A stretch of DNA of 64,000 nt from Fibrobacter sp. UBA4375. Its GTDB lineage: Bacteria > Fibrobacterota > Fibrobacteria > Fibrobacterales > Fibrobacteraceae. The stretch covers positions 16,681 through 80,680 of the forward strand of contig DGRZ01000078.1 of the NCBI GenBank assembly GCA_002391195.1, in the 5' to 3' direction. Shown piece after piece: positions 36,548-46,083 of the stretch (positions are counted from its first letter, which is position 1; each line of letters opens with the position of its first letter). Below the pieces are notes generated by a model, which ran no database searches, was not told the origin of the DNA, and was given only the letters and a program-made list of their open reading frames with translations. Made by a program: the position numbers and the translations under genes.

Positions 36548-38212
36548 CTACTTCACCACGATGTGCAAAGTATCCCGCTTTTGGGGGTCCAGAAGGCTTT
36601 CGGCGATGAGTTTTGCCGAATTTCCGGAGCCTCCGCTTACAATCAGTATCTTGGCGTCACCGGTATTTTCGGTGGATTCCACCTTCAGTTCGCCCTTGGT
36701 GTTGCCCTCGCAACTGTCATAATTCACGTTGCCCAGCACCATCCAGTCCCCGCAGGGGATAAACCAGTTCACTGCCCCGTTCTTTGTGCTGGTGGGGGTC
36801 GATTCAAACGCCATGTCGTCCAACTTCAGTTCCTGGTCTTCGCTTACCTTCAGTGTGTCTATCGCTTTTTTGGCCGAGGCGTCATAGAAGTTGAACTTGG
36901 TCAGGGAGCCGGGCCTTTTAAGCAGGGTGTACAGCTCCAGCTCCTTGGCGTCGGGTGTGTTCTGGCTGTTGACCATCTGGAAATGGAAATAGACGGGGCC
37001 GTCGCTTTCCACCTTGTATCCCAAGTTTTCTTCGGAGAGGGTCTCGAGGGACTTGCCTCCCTTGCCGAGAACACTGTAGTCGATGACGGTGAAGGGCTTG
37101 GTTGAACGCTTGCCGTAACCCTTGAACATGTGTTCCACCACCAGGGTATCGCCCTTCTTGAAGTCCCCGAGCCACACGTACTGGTCTTGCCTTAGTTCGA
37201 AGGCGTCAATCTTTGCGCGGGTCTTTTTCAGGAACTCGCCGGCCTTGCCCAAGGAATCGGGGAGTGCGAAGTATTCGCCTTGAGAAAGCTTGCGGTTGCT
37301 GGACTGAATGGTAAAGCTCGCATAGGGGCCTGTCTGGTAGTTGGAAATCTTTTCGGGGGCTATCACCAACTCCCAATGGGTGGAATCGTCGGTGAGCATG
37401 GTTCTGTCCAGGGTGTCCTTTTCGCTTGCGATGGACTTGCCCTCTTGGCGCAGGTCCAACTTGTTAATCCATTCGCCTTCAGCCTTGATGGTGACGCTGT
37501 GGCCGATGGCTGCCGCAAAATTGAACCTGATGCTGTCGGGAGAGTTCCCGATTTTGAGAATCCCTCGGAGGTTTTCTTTTAGGGAAATGTTTACCTTGTT
37601 TGTATCGCCGGTGTATTTGTAGTAGCCGTTGTCCACATGGGTGTACAGGCGCCAGTGAGCCATGTCGCTGAAGGTTGCCTCTAGATGCACGTAATAGTAA
37701 CCGTCTTCAAAAATCACGAACTGATTCTTTTCCATGTCGGCACCGTCACCGGGAATCACGAAAGATTCAAAGGTGCAGTTGTCCGAAACGCACCTGGGAA
37801 GCATGGGGTGCATGGTCTGCCCCAGTTCACTCATCACACGCATGGTGTCGTTTGTCATGCCGCTGGTGGCGGCCCAAATACTTATGCGGTCACCCTTCTT
37901 CAGGTTGCCAAGGTACAGGTTAATTTCTTTTGTCAGGGAATCAATGCAAAGAGTCTTCTCGGGACATTCCGCCTTGCCGGTGGAATCCGTCACAGGCCGC
38001 TGGATATAGATGTTGGTGGTATCGTCCAAAACGATATCGTCATCGTAGTCAATGTCGGCACGGTTGCTGGTGCCCGAACTGGAATAGAAGGAACTGTCGG
38101 CGTATTCGCCGTCACCGCTGTTGATGTCCGAATTGTTGGTGTGGCTCGATTCGCTGCAGGCGAGGAGCGACAGGGCCGTTGCGGAAAGCAGGGTAAAAAA
38201 CAATCTTTTCAT
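36548..38212 (-). CDS. Lipoprotein of unknown function
   Basis: Signal peptide with LLAC lipobox; beta-rich repeats. Confidence 0.8.
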   Translation of the reverse strand: MKRLFFTLLSATALSLLACSESSHTNNSDINSGDGEYADSSFYSSSGTSNRADIDYDDDIVLDDTTNIYIQRPVTDSTGKAECPEKTLCIDSLTKEINLYLGNLKKGDRISIWAATSGMTNDTMRVMSELGQTMHPMLPRCVSDNCTFESFVIPGDGADMEKNQFVIFEDGYYYVHLEATFSDMAHWRLYTHVDNGYYKYTGDTNKVNISLKENLRGILKIGNSPDSIRFNFAAAIGHSVTIKAEGEWINKLDLRQEGKSIASEKDTLDRTMLTDDSTHWELVIAPEKISNYQTGPYASFTIQSSNRKLSQGEYFALPDSLGKAGEFLKKTRAKIDAFELRQDQYVWLGDFKKGDTLVVEHMFKGYGKRSTKPFTVIDYSVLGKGGKSLETLSEENLGYKVESDGPVYFHFQMVNSQNTPDAKELELYTLLKRPGSLTKFNFYDASAKKAIDTLKVSEDQELKLDDMAFESTPTSTKNGAVNWFIPCGDWMVLGNVNYDSCEGNTKGELKVESTENTGDAKILIVSGGSGNSAKLIAESLLDPQKRDTLHIVVK

Positions 38213-38224
38213 CGTAGAGCCGTC

Positions 38225-41200
38225 CTAGTTCAAGATGTAGAACTTCTGTTCTGCGCTAAAGGCTTCGCCGTTGACCTTCAAGGTGTACTTGCCCGTGGGG
38301 AACTCGTGGGCCTTGAACTTGAAGTGGGTTTTCTTTTCTCCGGCAAGTTCTCGGGCGGCTACCATGAGCATGCGGCGCCCGAACTCGTTGACGATTTCAA
38401 TCTGCACAAATTGCGGATAACCTACCGTCAAATCGAAATCGCATTCCAGGGAGTAAATGTCGATGTGCACCTTGGTCAGCGTGTAACCGCCTTCCATCAC
38501 GTCACCGCTCACGGAACGGGTGTTGTCAAAGTAGCCCACGTAAAGTGCCGGAGCGAGAGACCTGTTCTGGTTATGGGAATGGATGATGGTCTCGCCCGGG
38601 TCTACGGCGGTGAGAATAAGCGTGTACATGTTGGAGGGGTGCTTCCTCTTGAAGAATTCCGTCAGGGTCGGAGTGCGCAGGAAAGCTCCCAACGGGGCCT
38701 TGGGGTTCAAGGTGATGAGCCCCAAGAAGTCGGCGTGCTTGGTGTCGACGCCACCGCCGGAGTTCTTGCGGATGTTGAAATGTCCACCGGGCTGGGGCAA
38801 GTTGGCAGGAGCGTTTTCCCAGGTCAGTTCGTCGCCTCGCCAGTCCACGCCCAGCTTGCCCTCGCCATAGTTCATTTCCCTGGCGGTTTCTTTCAGGCCG
38901 AATATGTTGAACTGAACAGGCTTTGTGAGGGAGTCGGCGTTGTATTCCAGCTTGAGGCCTGCGTCAAAGAGGGGCCCCGGCAGGGCGGACAGGTCGAACT
39001 TCAGGTAAATCTTGCCGGCGTCGTTGGTGTCGTTTGCCACCCTGAGGGCGGCGTCCGTATTGTGAGGTGTAAAGTTGTCGAAGGACGAGATCCAGGTGTC
39101 TACGCCCTTGCCGCTGGGGGCCCCGTCTCCGGAGTTGTCCAAGGTGGTGTATTTCTTGTCGAACACGTAGACCTTGCCGGTGTCGGCGCCGGTCTTGGTA
39201 CCGTCGTTGGCGGTGAAAATCAGGTTGTAGCGTCCGCTACCGGTAAAGGAAACGTCGGTCTCGTATTCGGCGGTATCGGAGAAGATGACCTTACCTGGGC
39301 CTACACCTTTTTTCCAAAGGACCGGGTCCCTGCACAGGCCGTTGCCGCGGCCGTCGTCTTCTACGGAACCTACCAGATGTATCTTGCCGGGCTGCACCAC
39401 GATCATCTCGTCGGCGAAGGAGACCTTCGGGGCCTCGTTCTGACCCTGCTTAGGGGCATAACCGGTGTAAAGGGCCATGTTCACGCCGCCGGTGCTGTTC
39501 TTTTCAAGGTCGGCGTCCGTGAGGGCGTAGATGGCAGAACCCATGCGGGATTCTTCTACAATCTTCTTGTAGGGGTTTCCGCGGGTGAGAACTTCCTTGA
39601 GGCCCTCGATGGAAAGGCTTCCGTTGTCGTTGATGAACATGGGGGTGGTCTTTGCCTTGTCGCTTGCGATGACCAGCACGCCCAGGAGTTCGGCGGAGCC
39701 CTCGTTAAAGTTCTGCAAGATGGTGTTTCCGTCCTTGGAGGTAAGTCCCAGAATCCAGATGTCGCCACCGTTGTTCTGGATTTTTGCGCCCTTGGTGTCG
39801 GAGAACAGGGAAACCTGGCGGCCCCAGAGGTGTTGCTGGTTGATCTGGATAGAACCTACCGCAACGTCTTCCATGTAGATGTCGCCTACGCCTAGCTCGT
39901 TGGTCTCGAAAGACTTGAACATCATGTTCTTGAGGAGCACGGCGCGCTTGCTCTTGTGGATGATTCCGTTTCCAAATTCAGAGAAGCGCTCGATGGTGAT
40001 TTCGTTGAAGGCTCCGTCCTCGATGATGAACTTGCCCTTACCGTCGATGCGGCCTTCGGTACCGAGAATCCGGCGGATACGGTTCCGCAGGTAAATGTCG
40101 CGGTTGATGGTCCAGCGACCTCCCGGCGGGAAATAAATCGTTTCGGCACCGTCGTCGATAGCGTCCTGTATGGCCTTGGCATCGTCGGACCCGGAATCCA
40201 TCTTTCCTCCGTAGTCGCCAGCAATGGTAATCCAGGCGTCTGATTTCTGGTCGTTCAGATTCGGGGTCTCTGCCACCGGAAGCCGCATGGACTGCTTTGG
40301 GCTGTGGCAAAGCTGGCGGGAGGCCTGGGTCACGAATTCCACAATCTCGTTACCAACGTATGTTTCGCTTGCTGCCTTCGGGGTGCTTCTGATTTTTTCC
40401 TCGAAACGGCTGGTGTTTACGGAACGGGCAAACAGCATGCCTTCGTTTTCGATAGCAACGGCAGGTTTGGACTGCTTTACACGGTTATATTCCAGGGTGG
40501 CATCTACCAGGACCATGGAAGCTCCGTCGCCGTGGTTGAACACTGCCGGCACGTCTCCCTTGAAGCGGAGCCCGCGGCTGGACACTACCTGACCGTCGTT
40601 TTCCAGGCCGTACTTTTTCTGGCCGCCCAGGGTCACGTGTTCCAGGGTGACGCTGTTGGTCTTGCCTGCCACGTACACGCCGGTTTCAAAGCCCTGGATT
40701 TCTACGTTTTCGAGAAGGAGGGGGCCGATATTTTCGGTGTGCCCCAGGTCGATACCGTAAATGCCCAGGCTGTCGCCGGAATAGACCTTCACGTTCTTGA
40801 TGGTGCCCTGCTGGGCGGCGTTGAAACGGATACCTACGGCACCGGCGTTCTTTTTACCCGTGCGGATGGTAATGTCGCGGATGGAGTTCCTGGGCTTGAG
40901 CCCCGGGCCCTCGCCGGTAAACAGCACCGGAGCCGGGAAATCGGGATTGGTGAACCCCTGGCATTCGTCGGCCAGGGCGATGATAGTGCCGCCGATGCTT
41001 GCACCCTGCAAAATAGTGCGGCTGTAGGCCTGTTCCGGTTTTTCGCTGGCGGGCCAGGTCAGGGTGTTGGTCACCTTGTAAATGCCGTGGGGCAGATAGA
41101 TGATATAGTCCCCGTTGGGGTGGTCGTTTAGCGCTTTCTGGATAGCCTCGGTGTCGTCGGTCTTTCCGTCGGCCTTGGCGTTATAGGGAGCCTTGGTCAC

Positions 41201-41299
41201 GTCGACGACGTTGGAACCCAGAGGGAACGTCACCTGGGAAAATGCCGTGGTGGTCACGCTTAAAATCAGGACAAGACAAAACGAAAAAACACGAAACAT
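38225..41299 (-). CDS. Secreted beta-helix glycoside hydrolase (GH55/pectate-lyase-3-like) with PKD-like and CBM96-like domains
   Basis: VDVTKAPYNAKADGKTDDTEAIQ and a second DDAKAIQDAID; YLKFDLS...LTWENAP; signal peptide. Confidence 0.8.
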   Translation of the reverse strand: MFRVFSFCLVLILSVTTTAFSQVTFPLGSNVVDVTKAPYNAKADGKTDDTEAIQKALNDHPNGDYIIYLPHGIYKVTNTLTWPASEKPEQAYSRTILQGASIGGTIIALADECQGFTNPDFPAPVLFTGEGPGLKPRNSIRDITIRTGKKNAGAVGIRFNAAQQGTIKNVKVYSGDSLGIYGIDLGHTENIGPLLLENVEIQGFETGVYVAGKTNSVTLEHVTLGGQKKYGLENDGQVVSSRGLRFKGDVPAVFNHGDGASMVLVDATLEYNRVKQSKPAVAIENEGMLFARSVNTSRFEEKIRSTPKAASETYVGNEIVEFVTQASRQLCHSPKQSMRLPVAETPNLNDQKSDAWITIAGDYGGKMDSGSDDAKAIQDAIDDGAETIYFPPGGRWTINRDIYLRNRIRRILGTEGRIDGKGKFIIEDGAFNEITIERFSEFGNGIIHKSKRAVLLKNMMFKSFETNELGVGDIYMEDVAVGSIQINQQHLWGRQVSLFSDTKGAKIQNNGGDIWILGLTSKDGNTILQNFNEGSAELLGVLVIASDKAKTTPMFINDNGSLSIEGLKEVLTRGNPYKKIVEESRMGSAIYALTDADLEKNSTGGVNMALYTGYAPKQGQNEAPKVSFADEMIVVQPGKIHLVGSVEDDGRGNGLCRDPVLWKKGVGPGKVIFSDTAEYETDVSFTGSGRYNLIFTANDGTKTGADTGKVYVFDKKYTTLDNSGDGAPSGKGVDTWISSFDNFTPHNTDAALRVANDTNDAGKIYLKFDLSALPGPLFDAGLKLEYNADSLTKPVQFNIFGLKETAREMNYGEGKLGVDWRGDELTWENAPANLPQPGGHFNIRKNSGGGVDTKHADFLGLITLNPKAPLGAFLRTPTLTEFFKRKHPSNMYTLILTAVDPGETIIHSHNQNRSLAPALYVGYFDNTRSVSGDVMEGGYTLTKVHIDIYSLECDFDLTVGYPQFVQIEIVNEFGRRMLMVAARELAGEKKTHFKFKAHEFPTGKYTLKVNGEAFSAEQKFYILN

Positions 41300-41376
41300 G
41301 AAAACCTCGTTATACGCCCTAAAATTAAGTTTTTAAGGGCGTTTTTTGGAAACGCTTGCCTTGAAATGCCCCTGTT

Positions 41377-42150
41377 CTAGGGCTTGACTTCGCACTTTTC
41401 GTAAACGAAGGGGTTGTGGTCCCCCTGGACCTTGAAAATACGGCGGTCCCGCTCGCATTCCTTTTCAGTGACGGGGTACATCTTGTCCCAGGCTTCGAAC
41501 AGCTTGCGGTCCTGGCTTGAGAGCTTGATGCCGTAGGTCTTTTCCATGTAAAAATGCACCCGAGCGATAAGCCCGCGGACCTCTTTTCGCGGCTGGGCCT
41601 TTTTCAGCTTGAAATCTACGATGGTTTCGCACTCCCCGTACATGGGTTCCGGATTGTTGGTCCACTGGGAATACATAAAGTTGCTCCGGTCCCCGTTGAT
41701 TTCGCCGATGGCGGGGTAGAGGTTATGCAGGTCCCCTTCCAAGATTTTGAACAAAGTATCGTTTGCGCTGCAGTTCTTGCGACCACCGTCCCTCCAGCAG
41801 GGCATAAAGTGCCCCATGTTGTGGGCGGTCACAATATGCTCCCATTCCACGGTCTCTGCCCGCTTGAAACTCTTGCGCCGTGGATTTTCCCTGGGCCTGA
41901 AGTTGCAGGTGCTGTAGTCCACCTTCTTTTTGTCGTTGTATCTGCAGCCGCAATAGATGGTCTCTTGCAGGTCGCCGTAGTAAATCCTCTTCATCTGCTG
42001 GCCGGCGCCCCGGTAGTTGTAGTGCTGCGGAGGCGGCTCCTTGTCTACGGCGGCAAGGGAAAAGGAAAAAGCGATGGCGGTAAGCGCAAGGGCACACCGC
42101 ATTACAGGGAAGTGCCGCGCCGCCTTTCGGAATGTGGAAATAATACGCAT
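41377..42150 (-). CDS. endA: Endonuclease I
   Basis: TIYCGC, EWEHIV, GGRKNC, DLHNLYPAIGEINGDRSN, RG.IAR..FYM. Confidence 0.93.
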   Translation of the reverse strand: MRIISTFRKAARHFPVMRCALALTAIAFSFSLAAVDKEPPPQHYNYRGAGQQMKRIYYGDLQETIYCGCRYNDKKKVDYSTCNFRPRENPRRKSFKRAETVEWEHIVTAHNMGHFMPCWRDGGRKNCSANDTLFKILEGDLHNLYPAIGEINGDRSNFMYSQWTNNPEPMYGECETIVDFKLKKAQPRKEVRGLIARVHFYMEKTYGIKLSSQDRKLFEAWDKMYPVTEKECERDRRIFKVQGDHNPFVYEKCEVKP

Positions 42151-42332
42151 GTCTTACTGGGAATATAAAAAAAGAATGCATCCAGTCCCGAGGTTCCTTA
42201 AACGGTGCTCTATTCTCGAGTGGTTGGTAGGGGAAAGCCTTCCCCTGGCTCGCATTACATTGCTCGCCACCCCTTCTGCGGGGGATGCCCCCGCAACGCC
42301 CCCTTGCAATAAAAAAAACTACATTTGTGCCC

Positions 42333-43658
42333 ATGAATTCCGCAGGCATGCAATATCTGGAGTCGAGGCTGATGTTCGGGATGGTTCCCGGGCTGGAATC
42401 CACCTTCAAGATTTGTGAGACCTTGGGTAACCCACAAGAATCTTTCCGTACTATCCATGTGGTGGGCACCAACGGCAAGGGCTCCTGCAGTTATTACCTT
42501 TCTGGGGTGTTGCAGGCCCACGGAATCAAGACCGGACTCTACACCAGCCCGCATCTCATAAGCCTGCGGGAACGGATTCGGGTGAACGATGTGCCCGTAT
42601 CTGATGCTGACTTGGACCGGCTCTTTTTGCAGGTTAAAGCCGCCGCCGAAATCGCCCATGTTGAGCCTACATTCTTCGAGGTAGTTACCGTGGCCGCCTT
42701 TCTCTACTACAGGGAGCAGGGCGTGCAGGTGGCGGTTTTGGAAGCGGGCATGGGCGGCCGTCTGGATTCTACCGCCGTCGCCCGCGGGAACGTAGCGGTA
42801 CTCACCAGCATCGGGCTGGAACATACCGAAGTCCTGGGCGCAACCGAAAGCGCCATTCTGCGGGAGAAAATGGGGGTGATGCCTGGTGTCATTGCGAGGA
42901 GCGTAAGCGACAAAGCAATCTCTGGCAAGAAGGTTTATGTAGTTGGAGGTCTCTCCGAAAGTTTGCTTGCCGAGGCAAAAGACTTCGCCGCCGCGGTCGA
43001 GGCGGAAATTCTAGTTCCCGAAATCCGCGAAGACATTGAACTGCCAAACTTGGGACGGCATTATGTGGAAAACGCAAGCCTCTCCCTAGCGGCGGCGGAA
43101 CTGTTCTTGCGGCAGGCGGGTGAGGACTTTCCGAATGCAAGGCCCTACAGCGACGGTCTTGCCCTGGAGACTTTGAAGACCCGCTCCTGGCCAGGCCGCA
43201 TGCAGCAGCTTTTTGACGCCAAAGGATCGCTTCGCTTTATTCTAGACGGCACCCACAATTCCCATGCGGCAAGACGCTTGGCCGAAACTCTGGACCGCTA
43301 CTATCCGGGCCAAAAGTTCCCCTGCGTCTTTGGAGCCCTCAAGGACAAGGATGTAGAAGAAATGCTCAGGTTCCTTGAGCCCTACGTTTCGGAGTGGCAC
43401 CTGGTCCGCACGGCCTACGAGCGTTTTCGCGAACCGTCGGAGATTGCGGGCATCTTGGAGAAGATGGGTGCTACGGTCGCCTCTACGGGACCTCTTTCCC
43501 GCGAGGTACTGGACGATGTTTCGGACAAAGTAAAAAGTCCCGCACTGGTGACGGGCTCTTTGTACATGATAGGGGAGGTCATCGACCTCCTGAAAAATGA
43601 CTTTGACTGCCTTGCCTTTTTCCGCAGCCTAACGAAAGCCACCAACGAACACCGATAG
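42333..43658 (+). CDS. folC: Folylpolyglutamate synthase/dihydrofolate synthase
   Basis: IHVVGTNGKGS, YTSPHL, EAGMGGRLDST, WPGR, LDGTHN, TGSLY. Confidence 0.97.
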   Translation: MNSAGMQYLESRLMFGMVPGLESTFKICETLGNPQESFRTIHVVGTNGKGSCSYYLSGVLQAHGIKTGLYTSPHLISLRERIRVNDVPVSDADLDRLFLQVKAAAEIAHVEPTFFEVVTVAAFLYYREQGVQVAVLEAGMGGRLDSTAVARGNVAVLTSIGLEHTEVLGATESAILREKMGVMPGVIARSVSDKAISGKKVYVVGGLSESLLAEAKDFAAAVEAEILVPEIREDIELPNLGRHYVENASLSLAAAELFLRQAGEDFPNARPYSDGLALETLKTRSWPGRMQQLFDAKGSLRFILDGTHNSHAARRLAETLDRYYPGQKFPCVFGALKDKDVEEMLRFLEPYVSEWHLVRTAYERFREPSEIAGILEKMGATVASTGPLSREVLDDVSDKVKSPALVTGSLYMIGEVIDLLKNDFDCLAFFRSLTKATNEHR

Positions 43659-43678
43659 CGGGCTACACGAATTCTACC
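43603..43678 (+). repeat. 76-bp imperfect direct repeat, copy 1 (folC 3' end plus hicB 3' end)
   Basis: Aligns without gaps to 45596-45671. Confidence 0.9.
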
Positions 43679-43680
43679 TT

Positions 43681-44168
43681 ATGTCATCCCCGCTGTCATT
43701 CTGGAGCGCAGCGATAGAATCACGGGGATCTCCTTGCCCATCCCATTGTCACCCCCGCGCCCACCTTCGTCATCCTCGCGACCTGTGGTGAGCGAAGTCG
43801 AACCAAGGCGAGGATCCGCTATCATCTCGGTCGGGGATCTCCTATAACAAATCTTTCCCTCGATGTGTGTTCCCTCGCTCGCAGATTCACTTCGTTCGAC
43901 TGCTCTCTCGGGAAGCACACATCTCGGTCAAAAAAAACGGTGGTTCCGGATTACGAACTTTTTTGAAGGTGCGAAAAATTACTACAGGTCCGACCTGTTA
44001 CAACAGGCGGAAACTCTTGTGACTGTTAGTCCCTGCGAGTTTCCCCCGAGATGTCATCCTCGCGCCTCCTTCTTCGTCATCCTCGCGAAGGCGAGGATCC
44101 ACTTGCATCATCCCATTGTCACTCCGGTCCCTCCTACTTGTCATCCCCGACTTGGTCGGGGATCTCCC
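43681..44168. repeat. Cluster of GTCAT-type palindromic REP-like elements
   Basis: Multiple GTCATCC...GGATCTCC and GTCATCCTCGCGAAGGCGAGGATCC units. Confidence 0.8.
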
Positions 44169-44259
44169 CTCTTTCCCCGCATTTCACACTTTCTTCATTT
44201 GATATTCCCGAGAATTTTATATAGATTGCATACAAACAACCTTCTCAAAAGGATTGGAC

Positions 44260-45198
44260 ATGAAAAAGCTTTTCCTTGACGCCACATTTGCGGCCCTGTG
44301 CACCGCGCTGCTGTCCGCCTGCGGTGGTGACAGCGGTTCGAGTGCTGACAGTTTAGATGAATTGTCAAGTTCCAGTGAAATGAATGGTGCTGAGTCTAGC
44401 GATTCCGAAGGTGGCGAAAGTTCCGGCAGTGGCGAAGGCAATTCGTCTAGCGCTTCCGAAGAGCCGGAATCCAGCGGCTCCGAAGGCGTAGAAAGCTCTT
44501 CTGCATGTGTTCCCGGCGGCAGCAGCGCCGTCAGCACCTACGACGTGGTCATCGGCACGCTTACCGATTCCCGCGACGGACAGACCTACAGGACTGTGAA
44601 AATCGGTGACCAGGTGTGGATGGCCGAGAACTTGAACTACGCCTACACCGGCGTTCCCTTTGATTACAACGGCGACACCTCCGATTCCACCAGCTGGTGT
44701 TTCGAAAACGACCCTGCCAACTGCGCCAAGTACGGGCGCCTTTATACCTGGGCTGCTGCAGTGGGCAGGGATGAGGACGAGTGCGGCTACGAGCATACGT
44801 GTGGCCTAGGCTCGGGAGATATTCGTGGTGCATGCCCCAAGGGCTGGCACCTGCCCAGCCAAGCGGAATGGGAAGCCTTGATTGTGGCCGTTGACGGTTC
44901 CATTACGGAATATACGTCTTCAAATACGGCGGGTTCCAAGCTCAAGTCCGTGACAGGCTGGTTCGACGATGGCAACGGTGAAGATACCTTCGGGTTCTCG
45001 GCGCTTCCTGCCGGTTACAGGAACAACTACGGTGGGAATTTCGGCTACGGGGGACTCGGCGTGTACTTCTGGAGTTCTACCGAGGACGATAGCGGCAGCG
45101 CGTGCAGCATGTTTTTGGACCACGACTACGACAATGCGGACCTGGGCGACTACGGCAGCAAGTACGACGGGTATTCTGTTCGTTGTCTCAAGGACTAG
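44260..45198 (+). CDS. Fibrobacter succinogenes major paralogous domain (FISUMP) lipoprotein
   Basis: LSAC lipobox, Ser-rich linker, DSRDGQTYRTVKIG.QVWMAENLNY, YGRLYTW, CPKGWHLPS, SVRCLKD. Confidence 0.95.
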   Translation: MKKLFLDATFAALCTALLSACGGDSGSSADSLDELSSSSEMNGAESSDSEGGESSGSGEGNSSSASEEPESSGSEGVESSSACVPGGSSAVSTYDVVIGTLTDSRDGQTYRTVKIGDQVWMAENLNYAYTGVPFDYNGDTSDSTSWCFENDPANCAKYGRLYTWAAAVGRDEDECGYEHTCGLGSGDIRGACPKGWHLPSQAEWEALIVAVDGSITEYTSSNTAGSKLKSVTGWFDDGNGEDTFGFSALPAGYRNNYGGNFGYGGLGVYFWSSTEDDSGSACSMFLDHDYDNADLGDYGSKYDGYSVRCLKD

Positions 45199-45556
45199 TA
45201 TATAGAGGCTAGGGGTTAGGATTTAGGATCTAGGGACGAGGGACTCAAGAAGCGTCGTGCTGATTTCCGAGACGCAGTGGTCCGCGCTACGCAGTAGCGC
45301 CAGGACTAGTATATAGGGGCTAGGGGTTAGGATCTAGGATCTAGGGCCGAGGGATAGTTTTGAAGGGCGGAATCACTTTTGGGCTAGGGGTTAGGATTTA
45401 GGATCTAGGGACGAGGGACTCAAGAAGCGTCGTGCTGATTTCCGAGACGCAGTGGTCTGCGCTACGCAGTAGCGCCAGGACTAGTGTATAGAGGCTAGGG
45501 GTTAGGATCTAGGATCTAGGGCCGAGGGATGGTTTTGAAGGGCGGAAGCACTTTTA
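45191..45556. repeat. 175-bp tandem duplication with internal heptamer-periodic sub-repeats
   Basis: 45207-45381 matches 45382-45556; GGCTAGGGGTTAGGATYTAGGATCTAGGG occurs four times. Confidence 0.9.
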
Positions 45557-45595
45557 GGCAAGGTCTTAGGGTCGCTGGTTACAAGATGTGTCATC

Positions 45596-45671
45596 TTGAC
45601 GGCCTCGCCTTTTTCCGAGGCCTCACGAAAGCCACCAACGAACACCGGTAGCTGGTTACACGAATTCTACC
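45596..45671 (+). repeat. 76-bp imperfect direct repeat, copy 2
   Basis: Matches 43603-43678. Confidence 0.9.
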
Positions 45672-46075
45672 ACGAGTTGCTTGCCGAGGGCATGAGCTAG
45701 CTTGTAGAGGGTTTCTACAGACGGTGATCCCTTGGGTGTTTCGAAACGCTGATAGGCCTGCGGGGTGATGTTTGCCCGCCTTGCCACATCGCTTTTCTTT
45801 TGCCCCCTGCGGGCCTCAAAAAGTTTGTATGCAATCTCGATTCGCGGGGAAAGTTCGACTGCATAAAGTCCCTTGTCGATGTCGGGCGTCGTCTTGGGTA
45901 AAATCATGGTGTTGCCTAGATCCAGGTCGCATTCCATGGCACCGTCAAGGGCGTCCTTAGCTTGCTTGAGGGCTTCTTCTTGTGTGTCGCCGAAGGCGTT
46001 TACGTTGGGCAGGTCGGGGAACGAAACCACGAAACCCATGTCCTTGTCTTTTTCAATTTTCGCTGCGTAATTCAT
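45656..46075 (-). CDS. hicB: Orphan HicB antitoxin with HTH
   Basis: GFVVSFPDLP....GDTQEEAL; colinear with the prophage HicB. Confidence 0.9.
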   Translation of the reverse strand: MNYAAKIEKDKDMGFVVSFPDLPNVNAFGDTQEEALKQAKDALDGAMECDLDLGNTMILPKTTPDIDKGLYAVELSPRIEIAYKLFEARRGQKKSDVARRANITPQAYQRFETPKGSPSVETLYKLAHALGKQLVVEFV

Positions 46076-46083
46076 GGTTGCCT

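Noticed and set aside
37685-39895. 736-aa plus-strand ORF
   Set aside because: Antisense shadow of the lipoprotein and GH55-like genes
43863-44279. 138-aa ORF upstream of the FISUMP gene
   Set aside because: Translation of REP-like palindromic repeats
45191-45556. Possible CRISPR array
   Set aside because: Intervening sequences are duplicated and unequal in length (about 74, 27, 74 bp), repeats are heptamer-periodic, and there are no cas genes
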